A DNA stretch of 64,000 bases from Fonticula alba ATCC 38817 (taxonomy: Eukaryota; Protista; Nucleariida), in NCBI GenBank assembly GCA_000388065.2, contig KB932209.1. The stretch is one strand, 5' to 3'. This document shows, one piece after another, positions 10,764 to 22,800 of the stretch (within the stretch, counting starts at the first letter, position 1; the number at the start of each line of letters is the position of its first letter). Both the position numbers and the translations under genes were made by a program. Under the pieces are notes generated by a model. The model was not told the origin of the DNA, did no database searches, and saw nothing but the letters and a program-made list of their open reading frames with translations.

Positions 10764-13700
10764 ATGGGCACGCAGCCTGTTGTAGCATGGCGCCGAGGCC
10801 GGGCACCTTCGGGGCACCGCTGCTCCCTGCTGCTGGCGCGCCTGGCTCTGGCTGTGTTGCTGGGATCCCTACTCGGCATCGCGCATGGGGAGGATGCATA
10901 CTTGCATGCGGCATCGTACCCCGTTATGCCGTACAGCCGACCACTGGTCTACTCGGTGCCAGCCAGCCACCCCTCCACCGCCAGCGAGCACAGCAGTACG
11001 AAGTACATCCAAACCCGGATCCAGTCGGATACATTGAGCAGCCTGGCCGAGATTCGTTGGGGAGCCTTTTTCGGCAGTTCCCCATATGGCCTCCATGGCT
11101 CGTTCCCTGGTGCAACGGTTCCCGAAAACTTCATGTACCTGACCAGGGATCTGGCCACCAGCCCGCTCGTCGTGTGGCACAGCCGGAGCATGGTGGGCTT
11201 CTTCGACTCGAGCATCGCCCATCCACTTCCAGACGGGAACACCGAGCTCCTTGCCGGGTTGGCCTTCGGACAATCCCAGGCCGACTTGCTCGGCCTCACC
11301 GGCACCCCGGGCCAAGTTCGAACCATCTTCCTGGCCAGCATGGATGCCGACGACCTGGAAATATCGGAGGTCAGCCTGCCTCCCGTGGGGCCGGGGCCCA
11401 GCGTGGCCGCGGCCGGGGTCGGTCGGTCCTTCTATCTGGCCCATGACGACCACGTCATGTACCTGTCCGTGGACAATCCGGACGCCTCTGTCTCCGTGAA
11501 TATCGGAAGTCCAGTGAACGCTTTGCAGATCGCGGCCACGCGCCTTTTCCCCCCCACTAGCGGGTGTTCGGATTTCGCGGACATACTTCTGCTCCTGGAT
11601 GACCAGGTGATGGTATTCTCCTGCTTCCATGGCCAGTCCGCCGGAAGGGCATCCAGTGCTTGGCCCGTGGGGGCGCCCTCGGCCGGGGCGCGGCTCTTGG
11701 TCGCACCGGTGGCCGCCATGCATGACAGCACCACGCCCTTCTACTTGGTCCTGCCCGGGGCTGCTTCCTCCCGAGATCGTCTATGGATGGCGGTTGCCGA
11801 TGGGGAGGATCTCTCCTGGCGGCGAGTGGTCCTACCACCGAGCATTTCGGACCTCGGTGACCTGCAGCTGGTTCGCTTGCGAACCACCGACACCGGGCCC
11901 GGTCGGTGGACGCTGCTGTCCAAGAACACCGCCCTCTTCGGATCGCAGGACTTCGCTTGCGAAAGCGATGACAGTGTCCAGTGTGACGGGCCTAGCTCGT
12001 CCTCCGGGTCGGTGACAGGATGGGCCTGTGTCGCTGGCCGTGCCAGGTCTGCCTCCGTGTCGCCTGGTCGTCTCTGCGCCGGATGCGCGGACGGCTGGTA
12101 CCTCAGTCGGCAAGCTGGTATGCGTGGTTGTCCCTTCTTCGGTGGCCCGACCTGGCCGCCGGTCGCCGGTATCCTGATGTGCCCGCAGCGATGACTGACC
12201 CCGTGCATGCCCTGTGCTCCCCCCCCCCCCCGGTGGCCGGATTGCCTCGCCTGCCAGATGAAGTGCCCTTCTCCCAGCCGAGCCATGCTTGTACCCAGTG
12301 CCCCTTCGCCAATTGTCGGACCTGTGTGCCCAACGACTGTTATGTGTGCAACCAGGGCTTCCTGCTGGAAAGGAGCGGCTCAAATGGCTCCACCATCTGT
12401 GTGGCCACCTGCTCGGCCGGGTACACGCAAGTGGCCGACACCTGCCAGCCGGTTGGGCAATCGCCGCCGGCCCTGGCACCATCCACGGCGGAGCTAGAGA
12501 TCCTGCCCAGCTTGAATCCGACGGACCGAGTCACCTGCGCCAAGCAAACGTGGCTAGCGATTGATGAGACCTCCGGGCGGCTGAAAGTCCCCGCTCCCGG
12601 TCTTGCGACCACCGGCAGTGGTATGCTCCTCTTCACGAAGGAGAAGAAGATCTACTTCATGTTGGCCGAGGACATTGGCCAGGAATTGAAGCCCTCCCTG
12701 CGCGAGGTGGACGGCTTGGAGTCCGTCCCCTCGGCCGACGTGGTGGACTTCGCCGAGGCCGGGCCCTTTGTCCACAACAACCGGCTGCTGTATTTGCTGG
12801 TCTTCTGCCTGGACAATCGGGACACCTATAGCAGTTGGCTGTCATGCGAGGGGCCGGACAGCTGCATTGCCACTGCCACCAGCCCGGTCAAGGCTAATAT
12901 CGCGGGCTGCCTCGGCGCCGAGCGCCTCGATGGAGAGCTTATTCTTTTACGGCGTAATAACTGGCTTCTGACGCTGATCAGTCCCATTCCATCTACTCAA
13001 TCAGTGGGGTTTGTGCTCCTCAGTGGCAGCACGGGCATGGTCAGCTTGCCGGGGCCCGTGTTGCCGGGGCTTTCGGTCCCGACTTTGGACAGGTGGCTGT
13101 TCTCGGCTAGCAGCGATGGCCATGCCATGGCCGCTCGACGTGAGCTCATCCTCGCGGCCGACTCGCGAAGGCAGATGCTCGCGGGGCAGTTCCTTTCCGG
13201 CTCGTCGGACGCCGATGGGGCATTCGTCCCGGTGGCCATGCATCGCAATGCATACACCATGGAGGAGGTGGTCTTTTGCAAGTTGCTCGGCACCGAGTGG
13301 GTGGTCCTGCATCCCCCGGGGAATATGCTGCCCGCTGGCCGGTCTTTGGACCTGCCCACCCGGCGGCTGGTCCTCGGGGTCCTGCCCAAGATGTTGGAAA
13401 TCCCCCCGAGTCAACATGTGAATGTCCTCTTCCAGGGGATTCTCCTGCCAGATGCCGGGACCGAGTATCCAAGCGCGCTGATCCTGCTGACGGGCACCTT
13501 CCTCGGGGTGTCGCTGTACCATTGCCCACAGGGGGAGTTCCGGACGTGTAACCTCCAGCCGGCGGTCTTTATGCCGCTGCCGGAAAGCCTGCGAGTTCTG
13601 ACCCAGAGTCGAACCTGGACGTCGGTGATCGTCCGGTCTCCCGGCACCTCGGGCTCCATGCCCGAGATGCCTCTCCTGCAGGGGTACAACTTGCGGTTCT

Positions 13701-16700
13701 TGTCCTCCTCGCCGACCGTCGGGGCGGTGGTCTTTTCCCTGGTGCTGGCCTGTCCCGAGGGGACTTGGCCCAATGCCGAGGACCATGTGTGTCAAGCCTG
13801 CGCGGCTGACTGTGCCACTTGCGTCTCCGCCGTCGGGTGTGCCACTTGTCGCACGGACTCCTATCTGGGCGCCGACCAGTCCTGCCACGCATGTCATATT
13901 TCCTGTGCTCGATGTGAAGATGCCGGCAGTTGTGTCGCATGTCGGCCGGGGCTGGTGTTCCTCGGGACCGATGTGCAGGTGCCGTCCCTGTGCGGGGGGG
14001 CCTGCCTGCCGGGCCAGTACATCGGTGCTGGCCGGTGCGCCGAGTGCGACGCCAGCTGCGAGCTGTGTGCCGGGAGCGCGGCCGCCTGCCAGGTGTGCGC
14101 CGATGGCTTCCGCTGGGCCAGCCGGCCGGCGCCCGGGGCCACCGGGACATGCGTGCCCTGCGCGTCGGGCTGTGCCTCCTGCACGGCAGACAAATGCCTG
14201 GCCTGCGAGGCGGGCCTCTTCCTGGCATCGGACGGGACATGTGTGAGCACGTGCCCGGCCGGGGCCTGGCCCAATGGGGAGTCCTGCCAGCCGTGCGACA
14301 TCTCGTGTGCCACCTGCACCGGCGGCGGCGGGGCCGACCAGTGCACCGGCTGTGGGGTGGGCTTGGACTTCGTCGAGAGCGCCCCCGGCGTCGGGGCATG
14401 TGTTTCCGGCTGCGACGAAGGCCAGTACCGGGACCCGGACGGGCTGACTTGCCTGCCGTGCGACGCGGCCTGTGCCNNNNNNNNNNCCCCCGGCGTCGGG
14501 GCATGTGTTTCCGGCTGCGACGAAGGCCAGTACCGGGACCCGGACGGGCTGACTTGCCTGCCGTGCGACGCGGCCTGTGCCGCTTGCAATGGTCCCTCGG
14601 ACCAGGATTGCTGGCAGTGCCGGAATGGGATACTTCAGGATGGCGACTGTGTGCAGTCCTGTGCCGGGTCGCATGTGGCCCTGGCCGGGAGGTGTGTATC
14701 TTGCCATGCGTCGTGTGCCGAGTGCTCCGGCGTGCGGAGCACCGAGTGCCTGCCGGCCTGCCCGGGCGACTTGCTCCCACTACCGGCTGGGCAGTCGCCG
14801 ATGCGCTGTGTGCCTGCCTGTCCGGTGGGCTACGGTGCCCTGTCCGGTGGATGCACCGCCTGTGCGGCCCACTGCGCCGCCTGCCCCGAAGCATCGAGCG
14901 CCTGTGCCCAGTGCGAGCGTGGGTGGCTCCTGGCCGGGTCGCAGTGCGTGGCTTCCTGTCCGGGGGACACCTTCCTCCTGGGTAGCATTTGTGCCCCGTG
15001 TCATGGAAGCTGTGGCACTTGCTCCGGGCCGGATGACAACCACTGTGTCACCTGCCCCGTGGGCACCTTCCTGCAGATGGACAACCGCTGCCAGGGGTCC
15101 TGCGCCGAGGGGACATTCCGAAGTGGCGACACATGCCTGCCCTGCAGCGAGGCATGTGCCTCGTGCTCCGACGCCGGGTCCGACAAGTGCACTGGCTGCG
15201 CGGCGGGCCGTGTGCTGCACCAGGGCACCTGCTTGCCGACCTGCCCGACGGGGTTCTTCAAGCAAGACGGCGCGTGCCACGCATGTGACGAGTCCTGCGC
15301 GGCCTGCATCAGCAGTGCCATTTGCACGGCCTGCAAGGGCCAGGATATGCTCCAGCCCGGGGGGACATGTGGCCCGGGCTGCCCGGGTGGGTGGGTTTCT
15401 TGCGCCTCCCGAGGCCAGTGCCTGGCTTGCAGGGAAAATTGCACCGAGTGCCTTTCATTCGGTGATGAGTGCCAAGTACTGTGCATGGCATGTGACCCGG
15501 GCTTTTTCCTCTCTTCCGGGGATTGCCACGAGGCCTGTCCGGCGGGGGAGTTTGCGGCCGCAGGGTCGGCCGTGTGCCAGTCCTGCGGCAACACCTGTGA
15601 GACCTGCTCCGGCTCGGGGGACTTCTGCACCGGCTGCCATTCGGGCCTTCTCCTGCCGCAAGAGGGTAAGTGTGTGCCTGCCTGTCCGGCTGCCTCGGCT
15701 CCGAGGGGCGGCGTGTGTGTCAGCTGCCTGGCCGGATGCGAGCAGTGCGACACGGCCCCAGGTCATCCTGGTGAGTGCACCCTCACCGGGGACGGGTCAC
15801 CGGTCTGCCCGGACATTGGCACTTGCGATCGCTGCATGGCGGGTCTCCTCCTGCTCAATGGGGGTGCCTGTGTGGAAGCCTGCCCGGCTGGGTACTTTGC
15901 CGACATGGACAGCCAGCTGGGCAGCTGTGTTCGCTGCCATGAAAGCTGCGCCGAGTCCTGCACCGGACCCGGGGTGGAAGGGTGCAAGTCTCCCGGGCGG
16001 TCGGGCAATTCGCGCATCGGCCTGGCCATCGGTCTGTCTGTGGGTCTGCTGCTGCTGCTGCTGCTGCTCATCCTTCTGGCGGCCTTGTGGCTGTTCTTTG
16101 CGCGCCGGCGAGGCACTCGGCCAATGAAGCCGGCCAACGGTGGCCTTCATGATGAGGATGCCACCATGATGAACACCCTGCTGGAGCTGGCCCTACCCGG
16201 GGCCATCCTGGTCAGTGTGGATGCGGACTTCGCGCCGGTGGCTGAGCAGCCCATGGGGGCCGGGGCCCAGGCCAGCGTCTTCGCCGCGCGGGCCATCGGT
16301 GCCGGGATTTCCGCTCGGCTAGGCTGCCCGGAGACGGTGGCCATCAAGCGCATGAAGGCCGACGCCATGAAGCCCACACATGTGGCCATGTTCCACAATG
16401 AGATCGCCCTCATGTGGTCCTTGCGCCAGCATGGGAACATCGTGCGCCTTTATGGATACAGCGAGGCGCCGCCGGCCATCGTCATGGAGCGCTTCGATAC
16501 GGACCTGCGCACGCTGCTCCTTTCGGCCGTGCCCCTGAGCCAGCTGGAGCTGCTGCACATTTGTCGCGAGTGGGCCACCGGGCTGGAGGCCATGCACGCG
16601 CACGGGGTGGCCCACTGCGACCTGAAGCCGGCCAATGTGTTCGTCAGCCAGGGCTCCTCGGCGGCTGGCTCTTGGCAGGTGGCTCTCGGGGATTTGGGCA

Positions 16701-17104
16701 CCTCTCGAAACCTGAGCACCGTCCGGTCTTCGGCCCTGCTGGACACCATGCCCCAGCTGAATGCCCTGTCTGTGAGGTACGCCTCGCCGGAGGTCATTGT
16801 GGCCATCAGGCGCAAGGCTCCCCTGGACCCGGAGCTTTTCTTCCCGGCCGACATCTACAGCGCGGCCATCATGCTGCATGAGTGCCTTTCACAGGCCACG
16901 CCTTGGCCGAGCTTGGGCCTCCAGGACATCATGCTGGCCGTGATTGGCGGGACTCGGCCCGAGGTGGCCGCCTTGACGGTGGATGCGGCGGATTTGGTGC
17001 AGGCGGCCTGGCAGGAGAACCCCTCTCGGCGACCCTCGGCGGCCGTCTTCCGCCAACGATGTGCGGCCCTGTTCGTGGTGGCCGGTGGCTTGGACACCTC
17101 TTGA
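10764..17104 (+). CDS. Receptor-like TKL-type kinase 1: signal peptide, modules A and B, furin-like Cys-rich repeats, TM, non-RD kinase; join(10764..12117,12258..17104), ~2030 aa after removing a 105-nt artefact
   Basis: Signal peptide LLLARLALAVLLGSLLGIAHG; many CxxCxxxCxxC repeats; TM IGLAIGLSVGLLLLLLLLILLAALWLFFA followed by RRR. Kinase motifs GAGAQASV, VAIK, NE, HCDLKPAN (16613), DLG (16691), YASPE, DIYSAA and RRPS. Phase-1 intron GTATGC(12118)..CAG(12257). Confidence 0.9.
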
Positions 17105-17874
17105 TCGGGTCTTCCCCCTGCCGCCAAGTGCACGTGTCTCCGGGTGGCGGAGACCGACGAGGCTGGCTGCCGCGATGGTTGTGGGCTGCCGCGATGGTTG
17201 TGGGCTGCCGCGAGCTTCGCGAGGCCTGATATGCTGTCGGGGCCCATGGCGGCGGCTTTCGTTGCCCTGCGCGCCGCGCCAGGAACTGCCCGCGATCGAG
17301 TCACAGTCATGGTACTCGGAGCGTGCTACGGCCCGGAGCATATCATCTAGCAGGTGCCCCTGTATCCGGTTCTACAGTGACCAAGAACCTCTTGCCGGGG
17401 GCGGCGGCCCAGTGCCGAGGGTGGTCCTTTTTTTTTGGGTTTCTCGCCTTCGGGCCAGCAGTTGGCGCCCCCCCTCCCCCCCCCCCCACTGGGGAGCATG
17501 GGCTTCCGGGGCCATACACTGACCTGGGCCTGCCCCGAATGGTGCTGCTATTTTTGCCTCCTTGCCTTCGTGATGTCCAAGGAAAATAGACAATCCGACC
17601 ACAAGGTGTGCTCCGACGTGGACCCTCGACAGTGCTGGAGCATGCGTCCCCGGCGGCTCATGTATGAAGGCATCTCTTAGGCCCGAGACCATGCGCGGCG
17701 CCCGGGCGATGGTGTTGTGCCCGGCGGCGAGATCTCTCCCTCCAAATGGTCCTCGTGTCCTAGGCGCGTGTTTTGGGTGCCCCTGCCAAGTGCGGCGGGC
17801 CAGATGCCCCCGAGGATTTGCCTGGCCTCCCGGCCTGGAAATTTCACACGTGGGCTGGGCGCCGACCGGCTCCG

Positions 17875-17876
<2 letters not shown>

Positions 17877-17920
<44 letters not shown>
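17877..17920. repeat. (TC)n microsatellite
   Basis: About 22 perfect units. Confidence 0.9.
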
Positions 17921-17922
<2 letters not shown>

Positions 17923-19261
17923 ATGGCCATGAATCACCCTCCCCGTCCCCCCGCCCCGGCCCTCTGCCCGGCGGCGGCCAGCTATGTGGAACTCAGGCAT
18001 ATGTAGGTCTCCAGTAAACGTCGAAGCATGGGCGGAGCTGCGGCAGCAAGCCCACAGGCTTGCGCTAGCGAGTGGCCTCTGGGAGTAGCCGAGCGAGGCA
18101 TGCACAAAAGGGTCACTGCCCTCGCCCGATGGGGACGAGGCTCAGGTGGCCCTGAATCCGGAGGGACGCCCGGGCTTGCAGGGGAAGCGCGAGCAGTATC
18201 GCGGGGGAAGGGCAGGGGGGAGGATTGAGGACGATCGACCGGGGGAGGGCCCATCGTGAGCTGTTGTGCATGTCCCTCCGGGGACCTGCTGGCTTTTAAA
18301 TATCCTTCGGCCGGCACCGGCCCATCCTTCCTGGCAACCGGGCAGGAGGCTGCGCACGGCGAGCCGTGGCGACGGACCCGGGGGCGGGTGGACAGGCAAG
18401 GGAACAAGAGGGCGGGGGCATTTGTGACTCCGAAGCGAATGGACCGGCAATGCCGGCTCCCTGGGCCCGGGCAATGTCAAGAGAGTTAGGGGGTCCGGCT
18501 AGGGCATGGCCTTCGGGTCCCGAAGTGCGCGATGAATGGCTGATGTGATTCCTTTCGGTCCTGACGCAATTGATCGAAGCCTGTGTGAAAGGGGGCCGGG
18601 CGGACAACATGCGCCCGGTCAGGTCCGGGGCCCGGGCCGCAATAAAAAGGCCCCCGCGTCCGGGGCGCCCGGGGTCCAGGCGGCCAGGCGGGCTAGCACG
18701 GCCACGAGTCATGGTCGTGTTTCAGTCCGGGCCCCGTCCCATCGCTTGCCCTGGATGCTCGTCAGGCCCGCGGCGCCCGCACAGGGGTGCTTGGTTGTGG
18801 CCAAAAGGGCGAAGCCGGTGGCAAGGGCATCATGTGCCTTTGTCCACCCTCTCAGGGGCTCCATTCTTTAGCACGGGGGCTGGGCTGTTCGTGATTCAGC
18901 CTCGAATGGTGCCACTATTCATTCCAACAACAGCAAGACCCATCACCCTGACGCTGGAAGTTGTTATTACTACGCTGCACCTTCAGGGGCACCGGTCAGG
19001 CAGACGATTGTGATACATGGGTACCCCGACCCCGAGGCTGGGCTGGAGAAGCCCGAGGTCTGCGGTCTGCCCTGGCGTGAAAAATGCGTCCGAGAAGAGC
19101 AAAAAATATTACCACCGCTGGCCGCCCCCATGTGGTCCGGCAAGTGGATGGAGCCTCTGGGCGTCGGAGCCAGATCATCCATCGGCTAGCTCCGATCTCG
19201 AAGCTGCCAACTAACTGGCAGGCCCCCCCTGTCTGCCTGCGCCGTTTTGTGTGTGTGTATG

Positions 19262-19263
<2 letters not shown>

Positions 19264-19302
<39 letters not shown>
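19264..19302. repeat. (GT)n microsatellite upstream of kinase 2
   Basis: Directly visible. Confidence 0.9.
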
Positions 19303-19306
<4 letters not shown>

Positions 19307-19881
19307 TTCATGTGCACGTTTGATGAGGATGTGTGGCCTTGGCCGTGGAGGGAGGGCGGCACCGGTTGCTTGTCCTGGCAGCCTAACTGCCAAGGTCCTG
19401 TGAGCCCCCTGCCCCCTGTGGTCGGACCGGTGTGCCAAGTCCCCGGTTGGTTCTTGTGCGCGATTGGGGTCCGTGAAGGTGGGTGCGTTTCGCCGAGCAA
19501 TCAACACGCCCTCTTGGATCCGCCCGCAGGCCCCCCGCGGTCTCATCACCTGGCGGGGCTTCTTTCCATCCCTACCCCGTGGCGGTGTGCCCCTCCTCCC
19601 GCCTCTATCTCGCGGTCTCTGCGGGGGAACGCGCAATCCCGGCGACAGAGGGCATATATGCTGAAAACCCGAAGCCACCAATGCCCCGTTGCCCTGGAGG
19701 CAGGAAGACCGCGATTTAGCGTGGACCGGAACAATAGCAACCACTTGGGCCCTGTGCTTGGCGCCTCTTCCAAAGGGTCTCCCATACTCCATTCCTTTTG
19801 CCCCCTCTTTCCTCTCTCTCTCCCTCTCTTCCCCCCCCCCCCCCCCCCAAGTGACATTGCTTCGGCCAAGCCGCCGAGTTG

Positions 19882-22800
19882 ATGGCTTCGCCGATGACCG
19901 GTGGCCGGGCCCTGCGCCGGCCTCCGATTGGGCCAGCCCCCTGCCCGAGACCCTTAATGCTCTTCCCGCTGGTGTTGCTCCTGCTCCTGGTGGCCACCAC
20001 ATCGCGAGGCGAGACGATCCTCCTGCGCGAGGCCCGGTACCCTTTCACGCAGGGGTTCCTGCCGGATTCCTTTTCCACTGGGCCCGGGTCTCCCTCCATG
20101 GGTCACCGTCGGGTGGGCACCACCAAAATCACCACCATGACGCAGGAGAACTTTCAAAGCAGCGTCAACGAGTTCCGCTGGGGGGCTTTCTTCCTGGATT
20201 CGACGCGGACCGCGATCCGCGAGGGGCCCGGCGACCCGAGTGCCGCGTCCCTCTTGATCCTCCCTCAGGGCAACAATTTGTTGCCCCTCATGGTGGAGAC
20301 CACCCCGAGCACAGTCAAGTTCTTCACCTCGGCCGTCGCGCATCCCTTCCCCAGCCCGATGACCGACATCCTGACCGGCACGGCCTTGCCCAATGGCGAT
20401 GTCCTTCTCCTGGGGCTGGTCGGGCCTTCGGATCAGGGGCGATCGATTTTCTTGGCCAAACTCACGGCAGCTGGTCTGGTGGACTTGGGTGCCAATATTG
20501 GCGATGTGATGGGCCCGGCCTTGGGCGCTCCTGGAGGCGGCTCCTCCCTCTACATGGCCCATGGGTCGCAAATTCGCTATATGCACCTGGACGGGGCGGA
20601 TAGCGTGTCGTCCTATCAGCAGGAATTCCCCGCCAATGTCCTGGGCATGGTCACCACACGAGTCGTCTCCACCGACAGCCTGTGTCCCTTCCGAGCCGAT
20701 GTGGTGCTCCTGCTGGACAATGGCAAGATCCTCCTGGAGCCCTGCTTTGGCGGTGTGCCGTACATGGAGCCGATCGTGGGAGACATGCCCATCGCGGCGG
20801 ATCCGTCGAACGTTCAGCTTCTGGCGGCGCCGGCCGCCGCCGTGGCCAATGGCGTCACGCCCTTCTACCTGGTGATTGCCAATGCATCGACTTCCTCGGA
20901 TAGGCTTTGGCAGTCCCATGTGCAACAGGGAGCCCTGACGTGGAATCGGGTGATGTTGCCGTTGTCCATTCTCAAGCTGGAAAAGTTGTCCTTGGCTCGG
21001 TTGTACAGCGGCCCCGACGCCGAGCCCGGGATATGGACTCTGGTGCATGGCTCGAGGGTGCTCTACATGTCGGAGGACTTCGGGTGCCACACCGACAGCA
21101 CCATCATCTGCCCGAGCAGCACGGGCTACAATAGCCACTCGAAAGGCTGGGCATGTGCCCCGGGCCATGTCGGCTCGCCATACATGGCCGACGGGCTTCT
21201 GTGTGGCGGGGGGGCGGATGGCTTTTTCCTGGACCGACCGGCCGGTATGTCCTCCCCCCTGGCCGGGGTTCTTGTCTTGGTCCTGCCTTGTGTGCTTCCT
21301 TGTTGATTGACCTGGCTTCCTCCTGCTCCCTCATGTCCTTTCACTGCCGACCCAGATGAGGCGCCCTTCTCTCGGCCGGGCCACCAATGCAAGCGCTGTC
21401 CCCAGGCGAATTGCCTATCCTGCAATGCGGAGGGGTGTCTCCTGTGTCATTTCAACTTCCACCCACAGATCCCCAGCGCCGCAGGTGGTGCCACCACCTG
21501 TGTGTCCAGCTGCTCGCCTGGGTTTAGCCTGGTGGCCGGGGTCTGTCGGCCCAGCAGCCCCCCCCTGCCGAACATCCATTGGGCCCTGCCGGCTCCCTTC
21601 GCCTTTCTTGGACTGGATCCCGGCGACCGGATCACGGCCCTGGGGGAGAGCTGGCTGTCGGTGGACACGCACACCGGGCAGCCGGTCATCCCGGCCGTCG
21701 ATGACGTCCGTGGCCCCGGGCCGCGGGTGCTGCTGTTCACGGAGCAGCGCAGGACCTATATCATGGCCGCGAGCGACGTCGGCCAGCCCGGGCAGCCGAC
21801 CTTTCGGCCGGTTTCCCTGCTGGACCCACATCCGGCCGCGCCGACGATTGGCTTTGCCGAGCTCGGCCCCTTTGTGTTCGGTGGATCGGTCGTGTACATG
21901 GTGGCTTTGTGTGGGGCATCTGGCGCGTCGCAGATCGTGTCGCTGAAGTGTTCGGGCCCGGTTGCCCCGTGCGTGCCCTCCAGTCGGGCATCTCAAAGTG
22001 TCCCAGGCGGGGGGTACTCCCAGGCGCGGCGTTTGAGCTCCACAAGCGCCATCATGCCCATCGGCCACGATGAGATGACTGTCATCCGGGTCGATCCGCC
22101 GGCCGAGGAGGCCCGGTTCTTGCTTCTGCCGGCCACCGGGGCCGTCAGCCTGCCGGCCAAAGTGGAGGCCGGTACTCGAGCCCGACCTGACTTCGGGGAC
22201 TGGCTCGTGTGGACCACCCAGCTGACAAAGGCCACGGCCGTGCCGTTGTCCCTCCTGAACAATGACCCGCGCATGAATGCGCTGGCTGGGCTCTTCATGT
22301 CGAGCTTGCCGAACACCGGCAACTCATATATGCCGGTGACCATTCCCCGCGGCCGGGGGTCCGGTTTGGTGGAGTTGGTCTTTGTCCAGGTGGCCGGTAC
22401 TGAGTGGCACATTATCCGGTCCCCGGGGGACATGTTGCCGTCTGGCCGGTCGGTGGATTTGGCATCTCAGCGCCATGCGCTCGGGTCCTTCCCGAGGGAC
22501 CTGCCTCCCAACAACCAGGGCATCTTGAATATCGTCCTTCAGGGCGTGGAGCTCACGTCCGGCAGCTCCACCTATCCCAGTGCCTTGCTGCTGATAACGC
22601 GCACCTTTGTCGGGGTGTCGTTGTTGCACTGTCCCGGCGGTGCTACCGGGTCGTGTGTCCTGCTGCCGGCCACCTTCGCGGTCCTTCCGCCGGAGTACAG
22701 CCCCCCGCAGGGGACACGAACTTGGCTGCAGGCCGTGGTGAAGCCGGGCGCCGGCCTGGCCAGCCAGGACTCGGGCGCCCTGCCCGCGGGTATTGTGCTG

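Noticed and set aside
14382-14581. Extra tandem copy of a furin-like repeat (PGVGACVSGCDEGQYRDPDGLTCLPCDAAC) in kinase 1
   Set aside because: The two identical 95-nt copies flank a 10-N gap and paralog 4 has a single copy, so this is an unmerged contig overlap.
17165-17213. 19-bp tandem repeat (~2.6 copies) just after kinase 1; also a 12-bp x2.5 repeat near 48857
   Set aside because: Ordinary minisatellites with no spacers; not CRISPR-like and no evidence of function.
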